Numbered from the stretch's first letter, positions 1-9,231 are shown. The stretch is DNA of 64,000 nucleotides from Alphaproteobacteria bacterium (GCA_021296325.1 JAGWAR010000002.1:65459-129458); one strand, 5' to 3'. Notes: generated by a model from the letters alone, not told the origin. Made by a program: numbers and translations.

Positions 1-193
1 TGCCAACCTGCTGGCGGCCATGCAGCCGCCCGACTTCCCGATGGCGATCGGGATCCTTTACTGCAACCCGACCGAATCCTACACGGAGAAGGTCCAGCGA
101 CAGGTCGAGGACGCCAAGGCGAAGACAAAGGCGGCGCCCGGCGACATCAACGCACTGCTCCGTTCCGGCCACACCTGGGAAGTTACCGACTAG
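1..193 (+). CDS. 3' end of 2-oxoacid:ferredoxin oxidoreductase beta subunit (partial)
   Basis: Frame 2 reads ...LAAMQPPDFPMAIGILYCNPTESYTEKV...DINALLRSGHTWEVTD*, stop TAG at 191-193. Resembles the C-terminus of KorB-type beta subunits. Confidence 0.65.
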   Translation, partial: ANLLAAMQPPDFPMAIGILYCNPTESYTEKVQRQVEDAKAKTKAAPGDINALLRSGHTWEVTD

Positions 194-253
194 CGTTCAC
201 CTGGCCGGGGCCGGGTTGACGGGCATGTCTCCTCCCTCCAAAGTGATTCCAGG

Positions 254-1594
254 ATGACGATCAGGGTAGCAATCATCGGGGCCGGACCGGCCGGTTTCTA
301 CACGGCTGAGGCCCTGACGGAGGCGGACGCCGAGATTGACCTCATCGAATATTTGCCGGCCCCCTACGGGCTGATTCGGGCCGGCGTGGCACCCGACCAC
401 CAGACGACGAAGAAAATCCAGAAAAGCTATGCCAAGACCGCGCTGAAGCCAGCGGTCCGCTACTACGGCAACGTCAAGGTCGGCCGCGACGTGAGCCTGG
501 ACGAGCTGCGCGAGATCTACGACGCCGTCGTGCTAGCCATCGGGGCGCCGACCGACAACCCGGCGCGGCTGCCGGGCGCCGACAAGCGAGGCGTCTATGG
601 CTCGGCCGCCTTCGTCGGCTGGTACAACGCCCACCCGGATTTCCGCAACCTCGACCCGGATCTCGACACCTCCGCCGTTGCCGTCGTCGGGGTCGGCAAC
701 GTCGCCGTCGACGTCGCCAGGGTGCTGGTCAAGACGCCGGCCGAGATGGCCACGGCCGATTTGCCGGACTACGCCGCCGAGCGCATCCAGGCGGCGCCCA
801 TCCAGGACGTCTACATGTTCGGCCGGCGGGGCCCGGTCGACGCGAAGTTCACGAATGTGGAGCTGCGCGAGATGGGCCGCCTTGAGAATTGTGTGCCGAT
901 CGTCGATCCCGCCCAACTGCCGGACGCGGTCGAGGGCGATTACGAGGACCGGGATTTGCGCGTGCGCGAGAAGAACCTGGCCACGCTGAAGGAATTTTCC
1001 GAACGCCGGCGGGAGGAAAAGCCGAAGGGGGTTCACTTCGTCTTTTATGCCTCCCCCGTCGAGATCCTGGGCGGCGAGAAGGTCGAGGGCCTGCGGCTGG
1101 AGCGGACCCGGGTCGAGGAGGGGCGCGCCGTCGGCACCGGCGAGTTCTTCGAGGTTGCGTGTGGGGCCATCGTCTCGGCCATCGGCTATCGCTCGACCCC
1201 GATCGAGGGCGCACCCTTCGACGAGAAATGGGGGATCGTCCCGAACGAGGACGGCCGGGTCGAGGACGGGCTTTACGCCGTCGGCTGGATCAAGCGGGGG
1301 CCGACCGGCACGATCGCCACCAACAAGCCGGACGGCAAGCTTGCCGCCGAGCAGATCCTGGCCGATGGCAAGGAAGGCAAGCCCGGCCGGGCGAGCCTGG
1401 AGAAGCTGCTCGCGGCCCGTGGCGTGCGGCCGGTTTCCTTCGAGGAGTGGCAGAAGATCGAGGCGATCGAGGAAGCCAACGCGACGCCGCCCTCGCCGCG
1501 CCGGAAATTCGCCACCGTCGAGGACATGCTGGCCCAGCTCGAGCGCGCCGAAGCCGCACGGGAGACCGGCTGCCCGGGAAGCGCGCGGGCATGA
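254..1594 (+). CDS. Ferredoxin/adrenodoxin-NADP+ reductase (FprA-like)
   Basis: GAGPAGFY FAD motif, GLIRAGVAPDH, FVGWYNAHP, GVGNVAVDVAR NADPH motif, GWIKRGPTG. Confidence 0.9.
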   Translation: MTIRVAIIGAGPAGFYTAEALTEADAEIDLIEYLPAPYGLIRAGVAPDHQTTKKIQKSYAKTALKPAVRYYGNVKVGRDVSLDELREIYDAVVLAIGAPTDNPARLPGADKRGVYGSAAFVGWYNAHPDFRNLDPDLDTSAVAVVGVGNVAVDVARVLVKTPAEMATADLPDYAAERIQAAPIQDVYMFGRRGPVDAKFTNVELREMGRLENCVPIVDPAQLPDAVEGDYEDRDLRVREKNLATLKEFSERRREEKPKGVHFVFYASPVEILGGEKVEGLRLERTRVEEGRAVGTGEFFEVACGAIVSAIGYRSTPIEGAPFDEKWGIVPNEDGRVEDGLYAVGWIKRGPTGTIATNKPDGKLAAEQILADGKEGKPGRASLEKLLAARGVRPVSFEEWQKIEAIEEANATPPSPRRKFATVEDMLAQLERAEAARETGCPGSARA

Positions 1595-1624
1595 AAAAAA
1601 GGCGGCCCCGGGGCCGCCTTTTTT
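1594..1624. terminator. Bidirectional intrinsic terminator between the reductase gene and tRNA-Gln
   Basis: AAAAAAA-GGCGGCCC-CG-GGGCCGCC-TTTTTT: GC stem flanked by A and T tracts between convergent genes. Confidence 0.8.
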
Positions 1625-1697
1625 GGTTGGGGCGGCAGGATTCGAACCTGCGATCACGGGATCAAAACCCGTTGCCTTGCCACTTGGCCACGCCCCA
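1624..1697 (-). tRNA. tRNA-Gln (anticodon TTG)
   Basis: Reverse complement TGGGGCGTGGCCAAGTGGCAAGGCAACGGGTTTTGATCCCGTGATCGCAGGTTCGAATCCTGCCGCCCCAACCA: anticodon arm ACGGG-TT-TTG-AT-CCCGT, GTTCGAATC T-loop, encoded CCA. Confidence 0.96.
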
Positions 1698-1869
1698 AAA
1701 TCAGTGGTCGGGAAAGTGGCGCAAAAACCCCGCTGCCGCAAGGGAAGGCCATGACGGTACCACCGCCGCCACGGGCAGACCCGGAAGGGCCGGCAGGCCG
1801 GACGGACCCAGGGTATTACTCCCTTGTGTCCAAAGGGGCGACCGGGATAGGCTTCCAGCGGGGGAAGGT

Positions 1870-2040
1870 ATGACCGGCTGGAAACTCGAAGGCATCTCGA
1901 CCGAGGCCCGCGAGGCGGCGAAGGAAGCCGCCCGCCAGGAAAAACTGTCTTTGGGCGAATGGCTAAGCCGGTTGGTCCTAAGAGCCGCCAAGAGCCCGGA
2001 AACGGGGGGCGAAACCCCTGCAAAGCCGGACCCGGACTAG
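1870..2040 (+). CDS. 56-aa protein consisting only of a PodJ-N-terminal-like / RHH-like motif
   Basis: ATG at 1870 after a GGGGAAGG RBS. MTGWKLEGISTEAREAAKEAARQEKLSLGEWLSRLVLRAA aligns with the N-termini of the next two ORFs. Confidence 0.75.
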   Translation: MTGWKLEGISTEAREAAKEAARQEKLSLGEWLSRLVLRAAKSPETGGETPAKPDPD

Positions 2041-2060
2041 CCCTACCAGCACTACTTTCC

Positions 2061-2090
2061 TTGACGCAGGCTGTACCATTCCCTTACATT
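2061..2090 (+). promoter_or_regulatory. Putative sigma70 promoter of the 2166 gene
   Basis: TTGACG (2061-2066), 18-bp spacer, TACATT (2085-2090). Confidence 0.45.
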
Positions 2091-2165
2091 CCGGGCGGTT
2101 CGCTGGGCCGTTTACCAAACCGGCAATGGGGTCTCTCGTTGGATCTTTCGTTAAGGTGAGGTTGG

Positions 2166-2687
2166 ATGACGTCCCAGTCGCCCTGGAGCATTAAAGGCAT
2201 CGAGCCGGAAGCCCGCGAGGCCGCCAAGATGGCGGCCCGGAAGGCCGGCATGACGCTTGGCGGCTGGCTGACGCGGACCATCCTTTCCGTCGCCGCCCAT
2301 GAGCTCAAGCGGAACACCGCCGGCAAGCCGCCGCCGGAATGGGAGGAAGGGGCCGGCCCCGACCTTTCGCCCCCTTCGCCGCCGGCGCTGACGGAAGAGG
2401 CCATCCTCAAGAGCATCCAGCAGCTCATCCAGCGGGTCGAGCATATCGAGCAGGTGACCCAGGAAACCATCGCGCCGATCTCCGAGAAGGTCGAGCAGCT
2501 GGCCGAGCGGGTCAAGGAAGTGAACGAGAAGACCGGGATCAGTGCCGGCCCCCTGGAGCGGGCGCTGCAGCGGCTGACGGAACGGATGGACACGATGGAA
2601 GTGGGGGATGCCGCCCCCGAGCAGGAACGGGAAAAGCGGCCCCGCCCCCAGCGCAGCCGTTTCGCCCGCATGTTCAACCTCCCCTAG
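2166..2687 (+). CDS. PodJ-N-motif protein with Pro-rich linker, short coiled coil and basic/aromatic C-terminal tail
   Basis: PWSIKGIEPEAREAAKMAARKAGMTLGGWL resembles the PodJ N-terminus. Heptad-like segment ILKSIQQLIQRVEHIEQ...VEQLAERVKEV...LERALQRLTERMD. Ends RSRFARMFNLP. Confidence 0.75.
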   Translation: MTSQSPWSIKGIEPEAREAAKMAARKAGMTLGGWLTRTILSVAAHELKRNTAGKPPPEWEEGAGPDLSPPSPPALTEEAILKSIQQLIQRVEHIEQVTQETIAPISEKVEQLAERVKEVNEKTGISAGPLERALQRLTERMDTMEVGDAAPEQEREKRPRPQRSRFARMFNLP

Positions 2688-2798
2688 ATAAGCCATAAAA
2701 AATCACCGTCGCCGGGCTCTCGGGATACCGCGGGGGCATGCGGCTTGTGTTAAACTTTCCCCGATTGCAACCGCAGACGCCGAAGGACCTTCGACAGG

Positions 2799-3947
2799 AT
2801 GACGACAAAAGGGGCCTGGTATCCAAAAGGCGTCGGCCCGGAAGCCCGCAAGGCCGCCAGGGAAGCGGCGAAACGGGCCGGGATGCCGATCGGCCAATGG
2901 GTTGAATCCGCCATTCTGCGCCACACCCGGAACACGGGTTCAAAAGACCCGCAGGCGCCCGAGCTTGCCCTCATCGCCAAGGGCGCACCGGCGGAAGAAA
3001 CGGGAACGGACGACCGTTACGCGGCGGCCCCGCCCCACCGAATCCACCGCCAACTTCGCTGGCTGGCCGGCGGGTCCCTCGTCACCCTCGTCTTCCTGAT
3101 CGCGGGCTTCGGGCTTTTCTGGATCGGCCAGCGCGACGGCCCGCCGCCCCAGATCACCGAGGCCGTTCCCGAGACCGAACCGGGCAAGGCGGAGGACTTT
3201 TCCCAAGCCACCCTGAACCAGATCCGCGGCTCCGCCCAAGCCGGCGACCGGGAGGCCCAATTCCGGCTCGGCATGCGCTACGCCCTGGGCGAGTGGGTGC
3301 CGAAGGACGAGCTGGCCGCCGCCGACTGGTTCGAGAAGGCGGCCCTGCAGGGCCATCCCCAGGCGCAATACCGGCTGGGCCTGCTTTACGAGGAAGGGCG
3401 CGTCGTCGCCCAGAACCTTTTCGAAGCCTTTTTCTGGTTCCAGAGCGCTGCCGAACAGGGCCATCTCGAATCCAAGTTCAAGGCCGGCGTCGCCTACGCG
3501 GCGGGCATCGGCATTGGCCAGGACACCAAGAAAGCGGCGGACCTGTTGCGCGGCGCCGCCGAAGACGGCCACGCCGGGGCCATGACGCGCCTGGCCGAAC
3601 TTTACGCGGAAGGCGACGGCGTGGACAAAGACCCCGAGGCGGCGGCCCGCTGGCAGGCGGCGGCCTCCACCGCCACCGCGACGACGCGGGCGGAACCGGA
3701 GCAAGTCCAGATCGTCGTCCTCGACAAGGCGCCGCTGGATGCGCAAAGGCTCGAGGCGATGGAACGGCTGCTGGCCGGGCTCGGGTTCACGCCGGGTCCC
3801 ATCGACGGGGTCGTCACCAACGAAACGCAGGCGGCGATCCGGCTTTACCAGTCCTTCGCCGGCCTCGAAGCCGACGGCCAGCCTTCCAAACCCCTGCTTG
3901 ACGAATTGCGCGCGGTGTCCCGCTCGGCGGGGTTGCCGGTGAACTAA
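2799..3947 (+). CDS. Compact PodJ-like protein: N-motif, TM helix, four Sel1 repeats, peptidoglycan-binding domain
   Basis: WYPKGVGPEARKAAREAAKRAGMPIGQW; TM LAGGSLVTLVFLIAGFGLFWI; Sel1 repeats (AQFRLGMRY..., AQYRLGLLY..EG); C-terminal LAGLGFTPGPIDGVVTNETQAAIRLYQ...GLEADG PG_binding_1 pattern. Confidence 0.8.
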   Translation: MTTKGAWYPKGVGPEARKAAREAAKRAGMPIGQWVESAILRHTRNTGSKDPQAPELALIAKGAPAEETGTDDRYAAAPPHRIHRQLRWLAGGSLVTLVFLIAGFGLFWIGQRDGPPPQITEAVPETEPGKAEDFSQATLNQIRGSAQAGDREAQFRLGMRYALGEWVPKDELAAADWFEKAALQGHPQAQYRLGLLYEEGRVVAQNLFEAFFWFQSAAEQGHLESKFKAGVAYAAGIGIGQDTKKAADLLRGAAEDGHAGAMTRLAELYAEGDGVDKDPEAAARWQAAASTATATTRAEPEQVQIVVLDKAPLDAQRLEAMERLLAGLGFTPGPIDGVVTNETQAAIRLYQSFAGLEADGQPSKPLLDELRAVSRSAGLPVN

Positions 3948-3965
3948 CGGCGGGCCGGCGAAAGA

Positions 3966-4856
3966 TCAGGCGTCGGCAAACAGTTCCGTCGCCGCAACCC
4001 ACCACTCGGGATGACCCTCTGCAAGCGTTGCCGCCGCCACGTCGGCCGTGGCGCGATCGGCATAGAGCCCGAAGCAGGTCGTCCCGCTGCCGGACATTTG
4101 CGACAACAGGCAATCGGGCGTGGCGGCAATGGCCGTCCGCACCGTTTCGATTCCGGGTGCAAGCGACATGGCAGGGGCGGCAAGGTCGTTGCGTCGGGCC
4201 TTCAGGTAACGGGCAAGCCCGGCCGCGTCTTCAGGCAGCGCCTCGCGGGGGGCGGGTTTTGAAACCGTGCCCCCCAACGCCTTGAAGACGGCGGCCGTCG
4301 ACAGGGCCACCCCCGGATTGACCAACACCAGACCGGCCGCCGGCACGCCGGTTGCCGGCGTCAGTTCCTCGCCGATGCCGCCCATGAAGGCGGGCCGGCT
4401 TTCGATGCAAACCGGCACGTCGGCGCCGAGCTCGAGGCCGAGGCCGCCAAGCGCCCTGGCGTCGAGGTCGAGGTTCCAGAGACGGGCGAGGCCCAGAAGC
4501 GTCGCCGCCGCGTCCGCCGAACCGCCACCGATGCCGGCAGCGACGGGCAGGTTCTTGGTGAGCGTGATCGCCGCCCCCGCCTTGACGCGATGCAGCCTGG
4601 CCAGGTGACGGGCAGCGCGGAGCACCAAATTGTCATCGAGGTTCACCTCGCCCAGGGCGGCGGAGAAAGGCCCGCGGATGACGAGGCTCAACGTGTCGTC
4701 GGACGCGAAGGCAAGTTCGTCGTGAAGGCCCGCAAAGACGACGAGGCTGTCCAGCAGGTGATAGCCGTCCTCACGCACGCCGACAATGTGAAGGTAGAGA
4801 TTAAGCTTTGCCGGGGCCGTAAGGTGAAATTCGCCGTGCGCCACCTTTACCGTCAC
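3966..4856 (-). CDS. ispE: 4-diphosphocytidyl-2-C-methyl-D-erythritol kinase
   Basis: APAKLNLYL, GYHLLDSL, KNLPVAAGIGGGSADAAA GHMP motif, MSGSG. Confidence 0.95.
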   Translation of the reverse strand: MTVKVAHGEFHLTAPAKLNLYLHIVGVREDGYHLLDSLVVFAGLHDELAFASDDTLSLVIRGPFSAALGEVNLDDNLVLRAARHLARLHRVKAGAAITLTKNLPVAAGIGGGSADAAATLLGLARLWNLDLDARALGGLGLELGADVPVCIESRPAFMGGIGEELTPATGVPAAGLVLVNPGVALSTAAVFKALGGTVSKPAPREALPEDAAGLARYLKARRNDLAAPAMSLAPGIETVRTAIAATPDCLLSQMSGSGTTCFGLYADRATADVAAATLAEGHPEWWVAATELFADA

Positions 4857-4862
4857 CGCCCG

Positions 4863-6620
4863 TTACTTGCTCTTGTTAAAGTCGGCAGGCAGCCCGCCAT
4901 CCAGTTTCGACTGGATCGTGGCGCTAAGCTTGGGGTCGGCTTCGTCGGCAACGTTGAACGTCAGCGCGCGACGCCACTGGAAGCGTGCCTCGTAGTGCCG
5001 GCCAACCTGCCAATAAACGTCGCCAAGGTGGTCGTTGATGACCGGATCGTTGGGCCTGAGCTGCACCGCCAGTTCGAGATGGGGCAGCGCCTCCGCGTAT
5101 TGCCCGATGCGGTAAAGCGCCCAGCCCATGCTGTCGACGATGTAGCCGTCCCGCGGCCTCAGCTCGACGGCGCGCTTGATCAGGCGCTGGGCCTCGTCCA
5201 GCTTCTTGCCCTTCTCCAGCCAGGAATAGCCCAGATAGTTGAGCACATAGGGCTGATCCGGCTGTAGCTCGAGCGCGCGCTGGAGATCGGCCTCGGCGCG
5301 TTCCCATTCGTCCGACTGTTCGAGCGCGATGCCGCGCGCATAGAAAAGGGTCCAGTGGTGAGGCTGGATCTTTTCGATGCGTTCGATCGCATCGCTATAG
5401 GCGTCGATCGCATCGTCATAGAGCTTGTGCAGGCGAAGCATCGTGCCCAGTTCGACCAGGGCATCGATCCGTTCGGGACGTTCTTTCGCCATCTTCCGAA
5501 GCAGGCGGCTGGCCTGCTTGCGATCGCCCAGCGCCTCGTAATTCTTGGCAATGCGAATTCGGCCAAGCCATCCCCAGGCATCGCCGGCCGGAATTCTTTC
5601 GTAGATCCGGATGGCGGCGGCGTAGCGGTTATGAATTTCGTGAATCTCGGCGATCAGAACGTCGGCCTCGTACAAATTCTCGCGAAGATCGATGGCCATC
5701 TGGGCGAAAACAAGCTCGAAGCCGAACGAGCTTTGCTGATAAAGCGAGCTTTGCTGATGAAAGAGGACGGCGATGCTGTAAAAAACCTCGGCCAGCCCTT
5801 CGACGGCGTCCTGCACGAAACGCTGCGGCATCTCCTCGCCGGCAAGCTGGTCCCTTCGCATGCCGAGAACAAGGGAGGCGCTGTTGTCGGAAATGTAACG
5901 CTCGTAAAGGTCGCGGGCCTCTTCCTTGCGGCCGTGGCGCGTATAAAAATTACCGAGCGCCTCGACCACCCGCAGGGTCGGCACGTGATTGCTTAGCGCG
6001 TTGATGTAGTTGCCTTCCGCCGAATCGGCCTTGCCGTCCAAATCGTAGAGCAGCGCCAGGTGATAGCGGTAGATCGACTCGAAGCCTTCCATCTTCGCAA
6101 GCGCGCCAAGCTCTTCGAGCGCCTGCTCGTGCTTGCCGAGGGCGAGATGTATCCAGGCCGAAAAAAGCGGGTTGAGATAAACGTGCAGGCCCTGCCGTGG
6201 AATTTTTTCCAGAAGGTCGAGCGCCTTGTCGTATTGCTTTTTCCGGAAGGCGCGTTCGACCAGATAGAGCCCGGCGACCGGGTCGTCCGCTGCCGCATCG
6301 ATGACGCGCAGGGCAAGCGCATCGGCTTCCTTGAACCTGCCCTCGCCTGCCATCAGGTAAAAGGTGCGTCGCAGCAGGTCGAGATTGTCCGGTTCGTAGG
6401 TGAGCGCGGTGGCCATGAAGTCGGCCGCCGCCTCGAAATCGCGGATCAGGGTGGCGTGCTGACCGGCCAGGTAATTGCCGGCAAAGCCCGATTCAAAGGC
6501 CTCCGGCGGCCCGGCGCGATGGGTCGAGCCGCCGCCACGCCCGTCGTCGCAGGCGGCAAGGGCAAGAATCAGAACGAGGCCGAGACCGGCTCGCCGGAAA
6601 TTTCCAGAAGATACGTACAA
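4863..6620 (-). CDS. TPR-repeat lipoprotein (conserved upstream of ispE)
   Basis: Lipobox LAAC, multiple TPRs, VLNYLGYS and GYIVDSMGW motifs. Start codon uncertain. Confidence 0.85.
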   Translation of the reverse strand: MYVSSGNFRRAGLGLVLILALAACDDGRGGGSTHRAGPPEAFESGFAGNYLAGQHATLIRDFEAAADFMATALTYEPDNLDLLRRTFYLMAGEGRFKEADALALRVIDAAADDPVAGLYLVERAFRKKQYDKALDLLEKIPRQGLHVYLNPLFSAWIHLALGKHEQALEELGALAKMEGFESIYRYHLALLYDLDGKADSAEGNYINALSNHVPTLRVVEALGNFYTRHGRKEEARDLYERYISDNSASLVLGMRRDQLAGEEMPQRFVQDAVEGLAEVFYSIAVLFHQQSSLYQQSSFGFELVFAQMAIDLRENLYEADVLIAEIHEIHNRYAAAIRIYERIPAGDAWGWLGRIRIAKNYEALGDRKQASRLLRKMAKERPERIDALVELGTMLRLHKLYDDAIDAYSDAIERIEKIQPHHWTLFYARGIALEQSDEWERAEADLQRALELQPDQPYVLNYLGYSWLEKGKKLDEAQRLIKRAVELRPRDGYIVDSMGWALYRIGQYAEALPHLELAVQLRPNDPVINDHLGDVYWQVGRHYEARFQWRRALTFNVADEADPKLSATIQSKLDGGLPADFNKSK

Positions 6621-6704
6621 GCCGCCTGCCCTCCGTCTGTCCTGCCACCCATGCTTTTTTTCCCAAATTAGGGGGTTTGCTGGCCGCTCGCAATCCCAAG
6701 AAGC

Positions 6705-8357
6705 CTACATGTTGGGGTAGTTCGGGCCGCCGCCGCCCTCGGGCACGACCCAGTTGATGTTCTGGGTCGGGTCCTTGATGTCGCAGGTTTTGCAATGCAC
6801 GCAGTTCTGGGCATTGATCTGCAACCGCGGATTGGCGCCGGCATCGTCACGCACGATCTCGTAAACGCCGGCCGGGCAGTAACGGGTTTCCGGCGCGTCG
6901 AAACGTTCCAGATTGACGTCGATCGCCACCCGCGAATCCTTGAGCACGAGATGCACCGGTTGGTTTTCTTCGTGGTTCGTGTTCGAAAGAAAGACGGAAG
7001 ACATCCTGTCGAAGGTGATCACGCCATCGGGTTTCGGATAGGCGATGGGCTGCGCTTCGGTTTTTCCTACAAGCGATTCGTGATCGGCGTGACCGTGGCG
7101 AAGCGTCCACGGCGCGCGGCCGCGGAAAAGAATCTGGTCGATGCCGGTGTAAAGCGTGCCGAGCCAAAGCCCCCACCGAAAGGCTGGCCGCACGTTGCGC
7201 GCCCGGTAGAGTTCGTCATGGACCCAGGTCTTCCGGAAATTTTCCGGATAGGCATTCAGTTCGTCGCCGCCTTCCCTGCCTTCCGAAAGGGCAGCGAAGG
7301 CGGCTTCCGCCGCCAGCATCCCCGACTTCATCGCCGTGTGCGTGCCCTTGATCTTCGGCATGTTCAACGTGCCGGCCTCGCATCCGATCAGCACGCCACC
7401 CGGAAAGGCGAGTTTGGGAAGCGATTGCAGGCCGCCTTCGTTGAGCGCACGGGCCCCGTAGGAGATGCGTTTGCCTCCTTCAAAGACGGGGCGGATCTTC
7501 GGATGCAACTTGAAGCGCTGAAATTCGTCATAGGGGCTTAGGTAAGGGTTCTTGTAGTCAAGGCCGATGACGAAGCCGACGGCGACCTGACGGTTTTCGA
7601 GGTGATAGAGGAACGAGCCGCCATAGGTCGCGCCATCCAGCGGCCAGCCCGCCGTGTGCACGACATGGCCCGGCCGGTGCTTCTCGGGGGCGACCTCCCA
7701 AAGCTCCTTGATGCCGATGCCGTAGGTCTGCGCTTCGGCCCCCTCGCGCAGGCCGAAGCGTTCGATCAGCTCCTTGCCGAGGCTGCCCCGGCAGCCTTCG
7801 GCGAAGAAGGTGTATTTCGCGTGCAACTCGATCCCCGGCTGGTAGGTGGCAAGCTTCTCGCCGTCCTGGCCCAGCCCCATGTCGCCGGTGGCAACGCCCT
7901 TGACACTGCCATCCGCGTTGGTGAGCACCTCGGCGGCGGCGAAGCCCGGATAGATCTCGACGCCCATCGCCTCGGCCTGGGAAGCCAGCCAACGGCAAAG
8001 ATTGCCAAGGCTGATGATGTAGTTGCCGCGGTTGTGCAGTGCCGGCGGCAGCAAAAAATTGGGAAAGGCCACGCCGCCCGATTCGGAAAGAAAGAGGAAT
8101 TGTTCGGACGTCACCGGGGTATGGACCGGCGCCTCCCTCTCCTTCCAGTCGGGCAGCAGCTCGTTCAGCGCCTTCGGGTCCAGCACGGCGCCGGAAAGAA
8201 TGTGGGCGCCCACTTCCGAGCCCTTCTCGATGACGCAAACGCTGAAATCCTTGCCCGCCGCCTCGCAGAGCTGGCGCAAGCGAATCGCCGCCGCCAGACC
8301 GGCCGGGCCGGCGCCGACGATGATGATGTCGTAGGTCATGGATTCGCGTTCGCTCAC
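6705..8357 (-). CDS. Electron transfer flavoprotein-ubiquinone oxidoreductase
   Basis: [31 protein letters not shown] and [13 protein letters not shown] 4Fe-4S motif, ends [12 protein letters not shown] start at 8357 with AAGGAG RBS. Confidence 0.95.
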   Translation of the reverse strand: MSERESMTYDIIIVGAGPAGLAAAIRLRQLCEAAGKDFSVCVIEKGSEVGAHILSGAVLDPKALNELLPDWKEREAPVHTPVTSEQFLFLSESGGVAFPNFLLPPALHNRGNYIISLGNLCRWLASQAEAMGVEIYPGFAAAEVLTNADGSVKGVATGDMGLGQDGEKLATYQPGIELHAKYTFFAEGCRGSLGKELIERFGLREGAEAQTYGIGIKELWEVAPEKHRPGHVVHTAGWPLDGATYGGSFLYHLENRQVAVGFVIGLDYKNPYLSPYDEFQRFKLHPKIRPVFEGGKRISYGARALNEGGLQSLPKLAFPGGVLIGCEAGTLNMPKIKGTHTAMKSGMLAAEAAFAALSEGREGGDELNAYPENFRKTWVHDELYRARNVRPAFRWGLWLGTLYTGIDQILFRGRAPWTLRHGHADHESLVGKTEAQPIAYPKPDGVITFDRMSSVFLSNTNHEENQPVHLVLKDSRVAIDVNLERFDAPETRYCPAGVYEIVRDDAGANPRLQINAQNCVHCKTCDIKDPTQNINWVVPEGGGGPNYPNM

Positions 8358-8445
8358 GTCTTTCTCCTTTCGACGAGCCCAGGTGAAACAGGACGTTAAG
8401 TCTAGCATGATGCGCGTCCCGGGGGTGCATGCTAGGCTTTCGTGC

Positions 8446-9231
8446 ATGGAAAGCACGGAGGTTTCTTTTTCCCATCTTCGCTGGCAAATCGAAGCGGGCG
8501 CCAACGAGGCGGTCGGCGAGCAGCCGCGAAACCGCTACCAGGAAACCACCATGGGTCGTCCGCCGCCTTCGGATCCCGAATTGCCGCTTGCCCCGGAAGA
8601 GGCCGCGCCCAAGCGCGCCGCAAGCGCCGAGACGGCCAGCGCGCGCAGCCTGGCGGACGCGGCCAAGAATCTGGACGAACTGCGCGAGGCGCTTGCCCTT
8701 TACGAAGGCTGCCCGCTGAAGGGGGCGGCGAGGCTCGTCTTCGCGGACGGCAACCCGCAAGCCAGGGTCATGTTGATCGGCGAAGCGCCGGGCGCCGAGG
8801 AAGACCGCCAGGGCCTGCCCTTCGTGGGACCGAGCGGCAAGCTGCTCGACCGGATGCTGACGGCGATCGGGCTGGACCGGGGGTCCGTCTACATCACGAA
8901 CGTTCTTTTCTGGCGGCCGCCCGGCAACCGGCAGCCGACGCCGGCCGAAATCTCGTCCTGCCTTCCCTTCGTCGAACGGCACATCGAGCTGGTGGACCCG
9001 GAAATCCTGGTGCTGCTCGGCGGGCCGGCGGCCAAGACGCTGATGGCGCGCAACGAAGGGATCATGAAGCTTCGGGGCAAATGGTTCGAATACGAGAGCC
9101 GGGGCATGAGCCGGCCCTGCCCTGCCATCGCCACCTTCCACCCCGCCTATTTGCTGCGTTCGCCGATTCAAAAACGCACGGCCTGGGCCGATTTTCTAGC
9201 CATTCAGGCGAAGTTGCGGCAAGGCCGCTAG
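8446..9231 (+). CDS. Uracil-DNA glycosylase family 4
   Basis: [39 protein letters not shown]. Start uncertain. Confidence 0.92.
   Translation: MESTEVSFSHLRWQIEAGANEAVGEQPRNRYQETTMGRPPPSDPELPLAPEEAAPKRAASAETASARSLADAAKNLDELREALALYEGCPLKGAARLVFADGNPQARVMLIGEAPGAEEDRQGLPFVGPSGKLLDRMLTAIGLDRGSVYITNVLFWRPPGNRQPTPAEISSCLPFVERHIELVDPEILVLLGGPAAKTLMARNEGIMKLRGKWFEYESRGMSRPCPAIATFHPAYLLRSPIQKRTAWADFLAIQAKLRQGR

Noticed and set aside
1624..1697. tRNA-Gln as an island integration site
   Set aside because: No duplicated tRNA 3' end and no integrase seen; the terminator follows immediately.
889..2040. 383-aa + strand ORF
   Set aside because: Overlaps the reductase gene out of frame and crosses the terminator and tRNA; only the last 56 codons from ATG 1870 look real.
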